From Mobula birostris (taxonomy: Eukaryota), in the NCBI RefSeq assembly GCF_030028105.1, contig NC_092382.1, forward strand, positions 100,952,699-101,016,698: 64,000 nt of DNA. The letters run 5' to 3'. Both the position numbers and the translations under genes were made by a program. The notes below the pieces were generated by a model. That model made no database searches, was not told where the DNA came from, and was given only the letters and a program-made list of their open reading frames with translations. Of this stretch, positions 62,513-64,000 are shown one piece after another; the first letter of the stretch is position 1, and every line of letters starts with the position of its first letter.

Positions 62513-62593
62513 TGGGAAATAGCGGGTTCTGAGCCTTCAGCGATTGTGCAGAACAGTTTTTGTCAGAGGCGGCTCGGCTTCTCAACCCCTGTG

Positions 62594-63043
62594 CGCTACT
62601 GCAGGCGCAGAAATAGACGGCCGAGTGAGAGTGCGAGGCGTTCTTTAGTTCCAGTTGAAAGAAAGTACTGCTGGATCTTGTTGCCGCGTAGGATTTCGAC
62701 GTGTAACTGTTGACTATACCTTTCCCAGCAGAATAAAAAAGAGCTTCGATTGCCCCGTCCGGTCGCTGTCTGTACCAATACATACTATTATAGTCCGAAT
62801 TTAGCAGCGTACATTGGACGGTGCTTGACTCTCCCAATCCAACTGACAGGGAAGGGGGCGACTGCTCCACGTACGCGGCCAGAATCCCTGCAAGGGAGAA
62901 ATTCCATTAGAGCCTAATTTCTCTCAGCAAATGGTAGCCCGTTCTCTGAACCTGAGTTACCTTCCCCAGAACAATTGTTATCCTGACTTACGCGGGATCA
63001 ATGCCAGGATCAGCGGAATACAATATGTTCCTCGCATCATCAT
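62594..63043 (-). CDS. TRBV: TCR beta V segment V20 (family E); leader 63043-62992, V exon 62887-62594
   Basis: Leader MMMRGTYCIPLILALIP with GTAAGT donor; exon ILAAYVEQSPP..QCTLL..WYRQ..YFCACSS is open. RSS is CACAGGG 62593-62587, 23 nt, ACAAAAACT 62563-62555. Confidence 0.88.
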
Positions 63044-63119
63044 TGACAGGGTAGAATCTGGCGGGCTTTGGGATGGAGTGCCGTTCAGGACCAGCTTTCA
63101 GAAGTAATGTACTGTGTGG

Positions 63120-63175
63120 CTCGATATAATTGCTGGTTCCGATTGGCCCTATGACGTCTGTCACTTCCTGTGTAA
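63120..63175 (-). promoter_or_regulatory. V20 promoter: ETS, CRE-like, CCAAT and TATA-like elements (paralog at 44470-44520 for V14)
   Basis: Reading toward the ATG: AGGAAGT, AGACGTCA (63159-63152), CCAAT, ATTATAT. CRE-like elements are an established feature of TCR V-beta promoters. Confidence 0.6.
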
Positions 63176-63322
63176 CTGCTGGGCGGTACGTTTTCCTTCT
63201 GTCGTCATTCGAAAGCCGGAAGAGAGTGGAGGTCGCAGTTTCTGCAGTGTCGCTTTCGTGAGGAATCGTCACTACAGGACTACACACACACACACACACG
63301 CGCACACACACACACACACACA

Positions 63323-63359
<37 letters not shown>

Positions 63360-64000
63360 GCGCACAAACACCGAGACATACACAGTTACACACACACAAA
63401 CACATAGATACATAGCAGGAATTTCGTGGTGGGTGAATGAAACAGCTGTCGTTATACATCAGCTATGGGAAAACCGCTTGCCGTTCCTATTTAGAACAGA
63501 AACAAGCAATAATGTTCAGTATATTGCACACCCAGGGTGGGATCTATTGCTTCTTGGAATGGAATACGGCGAAAAAGCAGGAGGAGCGGCGAACTTGCTA
63601 TGTATCTATCTATCTTTCTGTCTATCTCTCTATCTATCTGTCTCTCTGTCTAATTGTCTATCTATGTATCTATCTATCTGTCTATCCACTTATCTCACTG
63701 AATTATCCGCAATGCATTTCTGTGTGTCTACTGTCTCACTGACTCTGGACCCGCAGGCTGAAAGAGCGTGAAAGTCAGAGGGAATTTCGTGGCGAGTCGT
63801 TGCATAATTTGTGGTCATACGGCAACCAAAGAACGTCGTTTGTCTCCTAGTAGGAAAAGAAGCGAAAGATCAACAGCAGCTCAGTGTGCGCCATGCCTCG
63901 GGTCGGGAAATCTCTCCTCCAGACGGAATACTGCGAAAGATGAGAAGGAGCAGCGAAGGTCTGCAGAGGTGATGATAAAGACAACACAGCATACACTCAG

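Noticed and set aside
1224-63043. Assignment as NAR-TCR, IgH/IgNAR or TCR gamma/delta V genes
   Set aside because: Nineteen of 20 segments have a recognisable leader, the ends are CAWS/CASS-type rather than CAR/CAL/CAxW, and IgH framework motifs are absent. TRB fits best, though a phylogeny is still needed.
1-64000. CRISPR arrays, prokaryotic operons, rRNA/tRNA genes, or TRB-flanking trypsinogen genes
   Set aside because: The repeats are kilobase segmental duplications and microsatellites in intron-containing vertebrate DNA. I saw no such sequence signatures or protease motifs.

Overview
This is vertebrate genomic DNA, most likely a cartilaginous fish (the CR1, Rex1/Babar, Penelope and V-SINE-like repeat set suggests a ray; this is inference). 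The window is part of a T-cell receptor variable-gene array, best assigned to TCR beta (TRBV). I found 20 V segments, numbered V1-V20 left to right, and each is followed by a 23-bp-spacer RSS. Eleven look intact after splicing (V1-V7, V9, V12, V17, V20) and nine are pseudogenes. They fall into five families. A-D resemble mammalian TRBV30 (mostly ending C-A/G-W-S), and E has CASS/CACS-type ends. Family A lies on the + strand (5 genes) and all others on the - strand (15 genes). Bases 1 to ~39.8 kb form a five-copy tandem array of an ~8-kb cassette: CTCF-like site, A(+), B(-), C(-). I saw no D, J or C segments. Interspersed elements include a young 5'-truncated Penelope-like retroelement with a target-site duplication and a hammerhead-ribozyme motif, CR1 and Rex1/Babar fragments, a probable solo LTR and many microsatellites. 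Assembly gaps (N runs) lie at 6065-6220, 8683-8820, 16700-16847, 22806-23144, 26977-27179 and 61816-61946. The most notable unannotated signals are a fixed-spacing ETS+E-box module after the RSS of families A and C, and co-oriented CTCF-like motifs, four of them ~40 nt beyond an RSS nonamer. All motif and homology calls were made by eye, without database searches.
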